DNA from: Oikopleura dioica
Taxonomy: Eukaryota > Animalia > Chordata
Assembly: GCA_907165135.1 (NCBI GenBank)
Contig: OU015566.1
Span: 13,516,001-13,580,000, forward strand
Reading direction: 5' to 3'
Length of the DNA stretch: 64,000 nucleotides
Part shown: positions 28,996 to 39,830 of the stretch, piece after piece
Position numbering within the stretch: position 1 is the stretch's first letter
Layout: each line of letters starts with the position of its first letter
Translations under genes and position numbers: made by a program
The notes under the pieces: model-generated
The model's database searches: none
What the model saw: only the letters and a program-made list of their open reading frames with translations
What the model was told of the DNA's origin: nothing

Positions 28996-29455
28996 AGGCT
29001 GGGAGTTTCCGGATCGGATCTAAGATGGCCAGTTTCAAAATAAAGCTTAGCAGCTAAGCCTTAGCTACAACTCTGGTGCCTACCTTCCTAAGCCCTAAAA
29101 ATTAATTTAAAAAAATTATATATCAAAATTAAAATTAATAATATAAAATTGTTCACTTGTATTTCAAGCAGATTTGCTTCATTCGCATTTTCTTCCAGCA
29201 GGTTGAGTCCTCCTCGGGCTAACAGTTACGTCACGCCCTGGGCGAGCGCTGATGATTCACGCTACCCTGTTAATTGAGTGCCAAAGTTTACCCTGCTAAC
29301 AATGAGCCCTTTTGCCAAAGTTTATCCTGCTAACATGGGGGCAAGTTTGCCTGGGGTTTATCCTGCTAAATTCAGATTTTCGCCAACGTTTATCCTGGTA
29401 ACAAGGGGATGACCTATGTTACATAAAAACTCAGCTCTCTAAAGAGGCTTCTATC

Positions 29456-31211
29456 TTACCTAGATCCTCTTCTCAGCGATCGGACAGTATCGAGAACAGA
29501 GCCAACTACAGACGTAGCTCTGCTCTGGACGCCGTTGAGGATGACAATGGAGTCGTAGCTTGGTGGCATGCCGATCACGTGCTCGTATGCTGGTGGTTCA
29601 TCGCCATAAGAGCGGGAAGATGATTCGCCAGGGAGTTCCAACTGATGCTTCAACTGGGTTTCACGAGAATATTTACTTTTTCGACACCATAAAAGTAAGA
29701 TTTTAACTATTAATATATATTTAATCATTATTATAGGCATTGGCAATCAATTAAAAGGAGCAAAATCATAACAAATGATAGGACAGACTATTTTATTTTT
29801 TTGTAAATATCAGAAACAAATCTAAACAGAATTATCATTTAATATGGCTCTTATATGTTTGAACTATCTACCAGGGTAAAACAGGTGTTCTTTACGTGTC
29901 TCTCTTTGTTTTAGCTAACTAATAAAAGCCAGGAACTTAGAGAAAAACGATGATGAATCCGGTGGTGCACGTGGTCGTGTGATTAAAACCCTTCCCTGCT
30001 GGCTTAGCGTGAGCGCCCTGAGAAAATCCTCCGAGTTGATGACTTGATTTTGCGCCATTTGATTCTGCCGCATCATCCGCCTTCTTCTAAACAGAAATTA
30101 ATAAACTTTTCTCATCAAAATCATGTCATTTCCGACGACCTGAAGATTTGGCTAAGCTTTTTCTTTCAATCAACTTTCTTTAGAAAAAAAATTCCATAAG
30201 CAATTTTAACCTATTGAAGTCAAAAGGGCACATTTTTGGCAAAATTGCCTTCAACTGCCCTCTACACCCTTAAAATACCTTTTTTATTGAGGGTATCCCT
30301 ATGATAAGACCCTTAATTTATTATTCTTTAAAATTGAGCAACGAAATAAGGGGCTCCTTCCGAAATTTAAAGCATTAGAACCATTTAAAGTTCAAATTCG
30401 CAGCTTCGAATTCATCCCAGAAGAGCGCGTCTCCTCGATAAACTCAGAACCAAAAGGTTATCTCGTTGGCCGTGAATATTTTAAGAATAATTAAGCCGTC
30501 TGCTCCTTGGCTTATTTTCTTAGCCAAACGGGCCAAGGTCTAATTTTTTTTAGAAAATCGACTTTACCTCCTGTCGTTTACGATTTTCTGGCGGCGGCAG
30601 ACGAGGAATGTTTTCAGGCAGCAGACCAGGAGGACGAGGAGGAGGACGATCATGACGACGACGAAGAGGGTCGCGGTGATGTTGGTGTAGTCATAGTCTT
30701 TTGATTGGATGGAAAAAATGATTTCTCGTATTACCGACAGTAGCACATTAGCGATTTTTTCTGATGAGTTCTCAAACCAAAAATTGAATAAAACATCAAA
30801 TTCATCATCACTTTTGATGATTTATGGTTTTTTACTTGGAATTTCTGAAAATTTTTCAATATTATTGTTTAACGAAAAAGTCGCAAAACTGAAACCACGG
30901 GGCCCTCAGTTATATTTCTGCAATTTTCGTTATCGATGTTCAATTTTAAGGTCTCCTAAAAGTTCAACCTTCTTCGCCAAAAACAAGAATGAAAGCAAAA
31001 TGCTTCGACATATTCCTCTGTGGTCCCCCGATCCCCACAACAAACCCTCCCGCCAAACGTGCCCGTATGTGTCTTTTTCTTTATCTCTAAAGACAGAGCC
31101 GAAATAGAAGGGCGTGTGAAGCAAGAAGAGATGTGAATTTCGCACTTGGCGGTTTTGGGTCCTTTTCAGGTGTCTTTGCATAACGATAACGAATGCTGCT
31201 ATTCCTGCCAC
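29456..31211 (-). CDS. Single-pass membrane protein with two PPxY motifs (WBP1/VOPP1/Shisa-like architecture), multi-exon
   Basis: TM LFVVVMIVLLLVLLVCC followed by RRQK; last exon contains PPAY and PPSY. 5' exons uncertain. Confidence 0.5.
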
Positions 31212-32733
31212 TGCAAATTATGAGCTCCTGCTTTAGATAAGAAAAAGCGCCGCTAAATTCAGAGTATATATTCAAGTCCTTTTCAAGTTGAACTCGAATT
31301 GAACAACGCGCACTTGCGTAAGCCCCGGTTTTTTTATCGATGAGCTTAAATATTTACTTCTACGAATGTAACTAATCCGCTTCGTCGCTGACGCAACGGG
31401 CTGGTGATAAAGTTTCAACCCTTTTTTCGCGAAAAAAAGTGCAGAAAAAGGGCCCCTCTTGAAATTCAAGCGTTTTCATTAAACTAAAGACATCCTCCTC
31501 GGAAGTCAAAGAAGATCCCTAAAGGATATTAGCAAATCCTTAAATTAGGAAAAAAACGGGTTCGAGGAGGAAGTTTAGGGAACGGGAAATTAAGTACCGT
31601 GAACGCTACCTTGTTTGGCGGGAGAGGAAAGGTCTAAAAGTAGCGAAAGGAATCTGGGCCCGGACTCCCGGAGACCTCAAAAATTTGTAAAATCAAGTGA
31701 CGTTTGATCAAATATCATGTAAAATCGCAGAGCGCAACAAAATTGTTGAAGGATTTTTTAGACTCTAAATCTTTTTCTTTCATAAAAATTTCGTATAAGA
31801 GACAATTAAGGGACCCCCACACGATATTTTGGAAAGAAAAAAGGGAGAAAATTCCAATAAGGCAAGAAAAAGAAGCGTCAATTTAAGACGAACCCTCGAA
31901 ATTCGGATCCGAAAGGGTTCAACTTTGTTGAAAAAAAGTGGAAGCAATTGTCAAACAAAAAAGACTTCACGGTGACAGTTTGTTAGGTAATTATACGCTG
32001 TGCAGAGCCTTAACAAAAGGTCGTGGCTGAATCATGAATCCTGAATTACAATTGAAATACCGACAAAATATCTTCCAAAAGCAAGAAGCAGAAAAAATGA
32101 TAATGTGAAAAAAAAGAAGCCCAAGATTCCAGGAAGCGCTCGTGGCTAATTAGCTCAATTTCTGTTTATAACAGTACGTCAGTTTTTCGCCAATTAAAGC
32201 CCTAATTGACCGTGCCTTCCCGTCCAAGCTCACGCAAATTGAAGAAGATAGGCCACGCTGCTTCAGGCGTTCCTCTGTACTTTTAAAAAACTCCAGTGAA
32301 CTTTTTTTTTTCTTATCAGCGGTTTTTGATGATTTGGCTCAAAAGTCTAAAATGACTCAAAACAGAGTTATATCCTTATCAACAACAAGCCGCGGTATTG
32401 CCGCATACAAGATTAAGATTCTTGCGGCGAGGAGAAATTTACATCATTTTTTTGATAATTTTTTTAATTAATTTTTTTATTATTTTTATTTTTCATATCC
32501 AAAACAAAGTCAAAAAAAGGGTTCAAACTTGACCTAATTAATTGTTCATTTATAATTGAAATTCTAGCTTCAGAAATAGGTTTCTCCCCCTGGCCCATTT
32601 ATTAGTCTAATTATGTCCTTAATTATCTGTCGATTGTCAAATTAATTTAAATCAGTTCACGGCGATGCCGGCGGAAAAACGTTGTGATCCGGGAAAAAAG
32701 GGTTGGTTGACCAAAATTTGACGCAGAAATTGT

Positions 32734-33130
32734 CACGATAAATTGCTCCTGCAGAAACTCAACACCCTCAGTACTCTCACACGTGTAAGCGTTCTAACGT
32801 TTATTCTAGTACAGCAGTTAGGCTCAACAAAACAAACACGGGTTCTACAGCGTCTCCAGCGGTGATGATGGAGGCCCGAGAAGGATACACGTGATGGAAG
32901 TTGATGTTGGAAGCTGCGTCTCCACGTTCACTGAACAAACCTGAAATCCGATTAGTCTGCTGTAGCTCCACTAGAATCTCTAAATAAACGTGCTTCACCT
33001 CGAGTTCGAACGCTAAGCGTATGAGCAACGGTTGGTGCGAACTCAGCCGACCGTTCTCGCGCGTAGGTTTTCTTCCTGAGGGCAGGCGAGCCTGGCCGAA
33101 CCATTATTCTATCGTCTAAATCCTAACGTC
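32734..33130 (-). repeat. 3' LTR (397 bp)
   Basis: Matches 45876-46272 wherever compared; AATAAA on the element strand at 32800-32805; two CACGTG. Confidence 0.95.
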
Positions 33131-33140
33131 CCCCCTATTT
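33131..33140 (-). promoter_or_regulatory. Polypurine tract
   Basis: AAATAGGGGG(G) directly abutting the 3' LTR on the element strand. Confidence 0.7.
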
Positions 33141-33168
33141 GACCGAAGTAAACCTACCAGACCTACGT

Positions 33169-34466
33169 TTAGTATCTTCCCCGTCGAGCGCCGCGGCCGT
33201 TGAATGATCCTCGTTTTGGCGCGAAACCGTGATAGTTTCCTCGGGCTGGAGCAGGTCGTTTATATGCTCCTTCGCCGCTGAATCCTCCAGATGCTGAGCT
33301 CCACGAGCGTCCACCCGTGTACACTTTCCAGTGCTGGGCCCATGCTGGAAGGGGAATCCTCTCAACCACGTGACGGTTTTCCTCGATGCTGAAGGATGTT
33401 TCTAGGCAGCGCAAGCTTCCATTGCCGCCGACTATCACAAGTTGACAAGGCCGAAGGTGGTCCATCCCGAGCACGTGACAAAGCCTGGCCTTTTCGCCCC
33501 ACTTCGAGCAATACTCGATCAACGTCTCCAACGTCCAATTCTTCATTTCCTCCACCGATTGGATGAAGTCCAAGCCCGCCGCTTGACTTTTGATTGCCAA
33601 CTCCGACGTGGTATCGACCCATCCCCGGAGCTCGTCCTTTGACGCCTTTTCTCCCGGCTTTGGCGAGAGCTGATAATATTGTTAAATCGATGGGAACCCC
33701 GCCGGGTTTTTATCGAATATCGCAACGTGAATCAATACCCGTTTATTTCACTTACCCAGTTGGGGCTAAGGGCGCTAAAGAGACCCTGGAGATTGACCAC
33801 GTTCGCCTTGATCAAATCGTCAGCCACAACCTCACTCGCCATATTCCAGAATCTTGATTTTAACTCCTCAGTGCTGTCACACTCGTAGAGCTTCATTCTA
33901 AATCCCGACGACTTCGGGAAAAAGAGATCGTTCACCGTCACGAGGTAAGAATAGTAACCCCCAACAAGCCGAGGCGCGTTTATGAATTGATCCACTAGGT
34001 CTTGCGACCCCTTCAGCTGCAACAGCACGAATGGAAGCGTCGACGTTCGCGTGTTCTTCTGAACTCTACCGGTAAGTTTCCTTTACTACACGTGTAAGCA
34101 GACCTGTTCTTCAACCGTGAAAATCATTCGCTCCGCCTTCGCAATCTTATCACATAAGATGCGGAGAGCCGACATAAACTTTTTCACTTCCGGATCGTTT
34201 TCGTTAATCTTCACGTCCTCGATCTTTGCGAATGTGCTGACGAATTGCGCCACGGGTACGCCGCCCTTGAGCTCGTTTCTTGCACGTGTAGATTCTTCTG
34301 ACAACTTGACGTCGCGGGCTAGATCTAACTGGCCCGAAGTCATCCGGCGCTTATCATCCGTCTTGAACATGCTCGTGGTTTCTGGTGGTTGGTAGCCATC
34401 ATCTAGGTCACGGAAGGACGGGCCTGCCGTTTCCATTTCCATAGGGGTAGACTTTTTAGGGGGCAT
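33169..34466 (-). CDS. Accessory gene A: predicted 388-aa protein with a Gly/Arg-rich C-terminus, three exons (34466-34104, 34058-33756, 33669-33169)
   Basis: GT-AG introns of 45 and 86 nt (the second with GTAAGT) fuse three ORFs in frame. Ends ...PARGNYHGFAPKRGSFNGRGARRGRY, with the stop 38 bp before the LTR. Confidence 0.7.
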
Positions 34467-34649
34467 TCAGTCTAAACCGGAATTCAATTAATAAATTTAT
34501 CTACGTCTATTTTGATTAGCTCGGTACACGGGAAAGTTAGTTAAAACACGTGTTGAATGCCCCGTCCGGCGGGAGAAGTTACTCCTCGTTGATTTCGTCG
34601 TTGTCTCCATACTGGGAGCCTAAACCACTTATTACTTTTGGCTTTTTAG

Positions 34650-36366
34650 GTCTTTTCCGAAGATTTTCTCCAGAGAATTGACCGGCATCGAGGCCTACTT
34701 CAACAATCTTGCCCGCCGCCGCGAACTACATCCAGACCGCCCACGTGATCTCCTCTACAAGTACGAGTTCGATGCCCGCAGCGTGTTTCCTCAACGTGGG
34801 ACCCGCCGAGCCTACCGAGATGAAAACGTTGCGAATTCTACCCAGCGTATCACCTCACTTCGTGTCCTCTCTGACGTGCTCGGAGTCGATATTACTCCCG
34901 CTCTGCTCCGAACCGGTCGAATTCCAATTCGCGTGAGATTCGAAATCGACGGCCATCGTGAAGATCTTCGAGCTGAAATTCACCTTCCACGACCTGTTGA
35001 CCTCCAGGTCAACGTCTACACTCTTTACTGCGAATATCAGTCCGCAGTCAACCGAATTTCTGACGACCGAGACCGTATCACACGTGATCATCGTGCTATC
35101 GCGTGTCGCCGCTTCTTGGTGCACCTTCTGCGCTACACCACCTTCCGAATTCACGACGCTGCCCAGCTCTTCCACAAAATCAACCGGCCGCTTTCACACG
35201 AGATTGGCGATCCATCTGTAGGATACTTTCACTACAGTCTTGACCACGCCCCGCCATACTTCGTCTTTCTGCTCTGGTCCGTCGCTCTGCACGGGGTAAG
35301 TACTTTATTCTAAATCACTTTGCGTTTAAACTTGCCTTTTCTAACTCAACCTTATAGCGAGTACTCTACGCACGCCGGTGGGGCTTTACACCGCAAAATG
35401 GGCGCCCACATTCACTCGTGTTTAACAGATCATCTCTCCGCAATCCTGCCAGCCCAGAGTCCAACATTATCAGGTGTATTACCTCGGTCTTCGGGCGTGA
35501 TGTTTTCAACAACAGCGAGCACGGATACCGCGGCAGCCTCGGGGACGACAACAGTAAAGGTGACGCGTGAAGTCGCTTTTCCACGTGCTAAAATTCACTA
35601 GTCATTGTTCGTCTCAACTTCAACGATCTCCCGCGCTTCTTCACTGATCACAACCTTTCGATGATCATGTTCCTCGCCCTCTATCTCTTCCAGTGTACCG
35701 AAAAGCACTCCTTTGTCGGACAAGTAAGATGATTACCTGTTTTACCGGCGACCTTCTGCTGATCAGCTCCAGAAATTATGGATTCGTTCCACGTATCTGA
35801 CGCTCCTTTTTTTAGGATGAAGCGGCAGTCATCTTTGCGGGCGGGTTTTGTTACTTAGGGTCCGTTTTTGCCACGCCACGTGTGCTCGTGAAATCTGGTG
35901 GCCTCCGTCTCTTTTACGAGTTCTGCAGCAAAGGCGGCATCCACTTTCCCGACTACGTCAAGAAGCGAACAAACCGCGGCACCGAGATCTATTTCCCACG
36001 TGACATCTTCGCCCACGCCCGTAAGATTACAAAAGATATATTTATTCACGTGCCTTTAACCATCTAGCTCTATCCCAGGCTAAATTTAACATTAAACAAA
36101 TTAAATTAAACAAAATAATTCTAGGTGAGCACAGGGTGATTCCGAAAGGGTCCTTGGAACTCTACCTCGGGGTCGACCTTGTCCAGAAAATTATGGACAC
36201 AGATACCATGGAACTTCCCGTGCTCCCAATTCCTCACGCGCCTCGGTTCGAGACGGTTGATGACGATTCCATCTGGCCCAACGACGCAAAGATCCGTGAG
36301 CAACAAGCCACCCGAGGCTTGCCCACTCCTCTCGGCGGATACGGCCATCTCCGCTACTCCGCTTGA
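34650..36366 (+). CDS. Accessory gene B: antisense orphan of about 480 aa or more, at least five exons, start unresolved
   Basis: Introns 35296-35357, 35560-35601, 35724-35815 and 36021-36067 (or to 36124), all GT-AG, keep one open frame through ORFs 34678, 35882 and 36136. Confidence 0.7.
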
Positions 36367-36657
36367 TCCTTTCCTGAAATCAACGACGATTCGGCCAGAG
36401 GGCCCACTTCCGCGTGACCCAAATTTCCCGTGTTTATTTTTCTCCGTTTCTTTGGCTGCGAGAAAGCAAACTCTTCCAGCCAGCCTAAACAATTTTGTCC
36501 TACTGATTTGTTTACTTTTCTCACCTTCATGTTTCGCTTTCCGTTTCGCCGTATTTTCGGCCATCACTTTAAAATTTTCCGTTATCGCTCGCGCCAAATC
36601 CGCGTCAGTTCTTGCTCCATTTCGAAACTTATCATAACACGAGTCAACTTTTCCCAT
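36121..36657 (-). CDS. Possible accessory ORF C (basic N-terminal half)
   Basis: Long ORF from ATG 36657, but its 3' half is an in-register antisense overlap of gene B's last exon and could be a shadow. Confidence 0.3.
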   Translation of the reverse strand: MGKVDSCYDKFRNGARTDADLARAITENFKVMAENTAKRKAKHEGEKSKQISRTKLFRLAGRVCFLAAKETEKNKHGKFGSRGSGPSGRIVVDFRKGSSGVAEMAVSAERSGQASGGLLLTDLCVVGPDGIVINRLEPRRVRNWEHGKFHGICVHNFLDKVDPEVEFQGPFRNHPVLT

Positions 36658-36792
36658 TTCTAAACGACCAAATAAATGTCTTTTCTTAACCCGTCTCAAT
36701 TATTCAGCACGTGTTCTCGTGAATTGCTGTAATTAAACTGTCACGTAGCTAAGCTCTTCGAGGGGTGGTGGAGTCCATTTCGATATCAGCGA

Positions 36793-37414
36793 CTAGAAAA
36801 TGTCATGCTTCAACTCCGACAGGCTGCTTTTACCGTTCGGTCGTTGTGCAAAGCGGCGGAAGCGAACTGCTTCTTCGGCCTGATCGGCCGCGCCGTTGTT
36901 GACATCCCTAGCTCTAAGTGGCCTAGCATCGCACGTGATTCCCCGAATGCTGACCATCGACTGCATCAGTAACCCCGGGAAGTTGCACGGATCCACGTCC
37001 AGCACGTTGGCCACCCCGACCACGTTGTGAACCATGAGGTCGAATTCTCGGATCATGGCATTGTGCCCTTTGCTTTGCGCCTCCACCACTTAATCACTAT
37101 TGAAGCGACGCTACGGCTGCTTAAGCCTTACCTTCTATCAAATCGCTCAGCTCAGCGCGAACTCTTGCGATCATCGCCTCAGCCGGGTTGACCAGCGCGG
37201 ACGTTACCGGCAGAAACACTGCAGTGTCGATCTTCAGTCCACAATCCGGGCAAGCAGCGCAATCCTTCGCGCAGTTCACACACACGTGATTATCACACGA
37301 GTGGACGATGCACCGTCGCCGACAGAAATCCATCTCACGAGTGCAGATAGAGCACGCTCCTAGCACTGATCTTGGAAAGTTGTCCAAGAACATGCGAATT
37401 CCCTGGGGATCCAT
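36793..37414 (-). CDS. Accessory gene D: RING-finger (C3HC4-like) protein, about 190 aa, two or three exons
   Basis: CSIC-x15-C-x2-H-x-C-x2-C-x6-CPDC; a 43-nt GTAAGG...AAG intron (37131-37089) joins ORF 36793-37089 in frame. Confidence 0.65.
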
Positions 37415-37704
37415 TTCCTTCTAAATTCACAACTTCATTAAAATCCCTCGAAATCAGAAGACGGTACACGTGAGCACAAATAAATACAAAACCAGATGTA
37501 ACACGTGAACACATACAAAGTATTAAAACTTCCGGCTTCGCTTCTCTATCGCCCCGCATAATTTTCTCTCACGAACTTTTCCTGGATCTGCAATTTGACC
37601 CTTATTTCAATTTGTTTGCCTAACCCACCGGTTGGCGCTCGATCATTGGTCCTCGCTGTCTTCGACCCGCGCTCCTGACTTACGCATCACACCTGGCTGG
37701 TCAA

Positions 37705-38817
37705 ATGTTCACGAGTCGAAAAGAGAAAAGAACCTGGGATGCCTCGGAAACCTTGCCCGAGTCCGCTCCCCATCGTGAAAGTAAAATTCCACGTGATTCC
37801 GACGAAGCTCGCCCGTCTGCCAAACATGAATTTCTCGTGCCAAATCCCGTCGACGCTCCTGGGGGTCCTACTGTTTCCGCTGCAAACATATCGTCTACAC
37901 CCATGAAACATCCTCCTGGTGCATCCGACGTGGATTTTGATGCGAGTCGAATACCTCTTTCCGACAATTTAGCATCCGCTATGTCCCTCGATCACACGGA
38001 GTTTGCCTCGGAAAAAACCCTCCTCGGTCACGAGACAAAAGTCCCTGCGGGCGATGACACTATGATATCTCAAGACAAGACCACTATTCTTATGAACACT
38101 ATCGATCACCTGATCGACAAGAATGCCAGTCGGCTCTCCGTTAAGAGCGAGCCTGACGCTCCAGCTCCTATGGAGCTTCCGATTCTGCCCACTTTTGTGC
38201 CACGTGACCATCTATATACTCGCTGGTATTTAACAACTCATTTCAAATCTCCTTTAATAACTGACCTTTTTTAGTTACTCTCTCCAGAATTTACCGCCGA
38301 ACTTGTTTCCTGAATTTGAAATCGACGTGTTAAAGTACTATTCGCGTGGCCCACTTCTCGTACACCACGTGTTCGTTGATCTTCGCCAGCAAGCTGGTCT
38401 TCAGCACCGAATTCTCCAACATCCATTCTCACGTGTCAAACAATTTTTACTACATATAGGTACGGCTTCGTTTCGACGCGCACGACTCATATTACAGGTC
38501 GGACATTTCACTACTCACGAGTGGCTCCTCCATGCAAATTCGAACTATCCTTTCCTCCGACCGTGGAAATTGCTGCCAAAGGTTTCACCCCCGCATTTGC
38601 TCGTGATCTTCGTGGTTTACTCACGTGTTATCTCACCTCGCTTAGTGAATACTATCGCGGAAGTTGTTTTATCCAGCCTCGCACGGAAACTCAGAAGCGG
38701 CGCCTCATCGAGCTCGCGCATTCATTGTGCGACAACTTTTTCGCTCAGAATTTCGGACACGATTATCGGCCTCCATTTCTCGTCGAATATGACTCGAATC
38801 GTCGACCTAGAGAGTAA
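37705..38817 (+). CDS. Accessory gene E: antisense orphan, predicted 341 aa, three exons (37705-38225, 38275-38459, 38498-38817)
   Basis: GT-AG introns of 49 and 38 nt link three ORFs in frame; Pro/Ser-rich N-terminal half. Confidence 0.7.
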
Positions 38818-39617
38818 CCAGCCATTACCCACTATCGTCCTTAAAACCTCACGTGAACGCAAACGAACCAACTTTACTCTTCCACGATTCTCCTGCACTC
38901 TACCACTCATCTTTCTGATCTTTGCCGTTCTTTTCTTCATCCTCGTCGCTTACGCCGTATCCTTCTTCCGCGAAAAGCTCACAGCGCTCGCACACTACGT
39001 CCAGTATTTTCACACGTTTAGCCCGGTAATGCACTACATAAGGCTGCGTTAAACTAATCTCTAGCTTCCCAAAACTCATCGACGCCGACGTCAAATTGGT
39101 TTCGACGAGCTCATGTCCGTTAGCGCTGCCGCCTATGACCCCGAGCCTGTACCTGAGAACTCCCCCGTCACCACCACCATGCGTTTTGGTGGTGCAAGCC
39201 CTTGGGAATGGTAAGATCAATTGTCACTCAACCATCATGACACGTTCAAGGGTCACTTTCGGGGTCGCTTCTCTGTTTTTCTTCTCGTGTCTCCTCTGCG
39301 CCTGCGGACATCAAATAACAGCTGTCCTGAGACAATGCACGTGGAGCCTACCGAATCCTGGATCCAGTCACGACGATGGTGAATTTTCTGAAGTGATTGC
39401 TCTTCGTCGACAAATAGCCGCAGACGAACAAATGATCAAGGCGCGCAAGGCTCACTCCAAAGTCACGAAGAAACTTCGCGCTCTCGGCCCTGCTCACACT
39501 GAAATCTCATCCGTCGTACCGGCGACCGACGCTCACACTCCTACACGTGCTTCTTCTCGAAACGCAGAGCCGCTGCTCCACGTCGCTGACCACGAAAACT
39601 CTGCCTGCTGGGCTTAA
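38789..39617 (+). CDS. Accessory gene F: antisense two-TM membrane protein, predicted 249 aa, three exons (38789-39025, 39065-39210, 39251-39617)
   Basis: GT-AG introns of 39 and 40 nt. TM1 LPLIFLIFAVLFFILVAYAVSFF, HRRRR polybasic site, TM2 WVTFGVASLFFFSCLLCACG. Confidence 0.65.
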
Positions 39618-39830
39618 ATCTCCCTTTCTTTTGTCCACAAATTTCGCAAATTATTCATCGAATTATGATAGAAACTTGTAGCCACCATTCCAGGAATAAA
39701 TTTCTCACGTGAAACCAATCCGGACTCAGCTTTCCTTAGAAAGTCATTTAAAACATTTTAAACAACCGACAACCACGAAAAGAAACCAACAAACTTTAAT
39801 TTACAATTAGCACGTGTAACGTTGTTGCCA

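Larger units (their letters stand above)
27433..29419. mobile_element. Foldback-like element with about 400-bp modular inverted arms and a TA duplication
   Basis: Arm 27433-27836 is the reverse complement of about 29067-29419 (ACATAGGTCATCCCC...). Arms contain tandem GCAGGATAAACTTTGGC-like subrepeats. TA on both sides. Confidence 0.75.

Noticed and set aside
32729-32731. ATT...ATT (46273-46275) as a target-site duplication
   Set aside because: Only 3 bp, overlaps the TG/CA termini and is likely by chance in AT-rich flanks.
32801-33028. 75-aa ORF inside each LTR (also 45943-46170)
   Set aside because: No ATG start and no recognisable features; its duplication simply reflects LTR identity.
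38303-39052. 249-aa ORF as a single gene
   Set aside because: Better explained as exon 2 of gene E and exon 1 of gene F sharing a frame, given clear splice sites in between.
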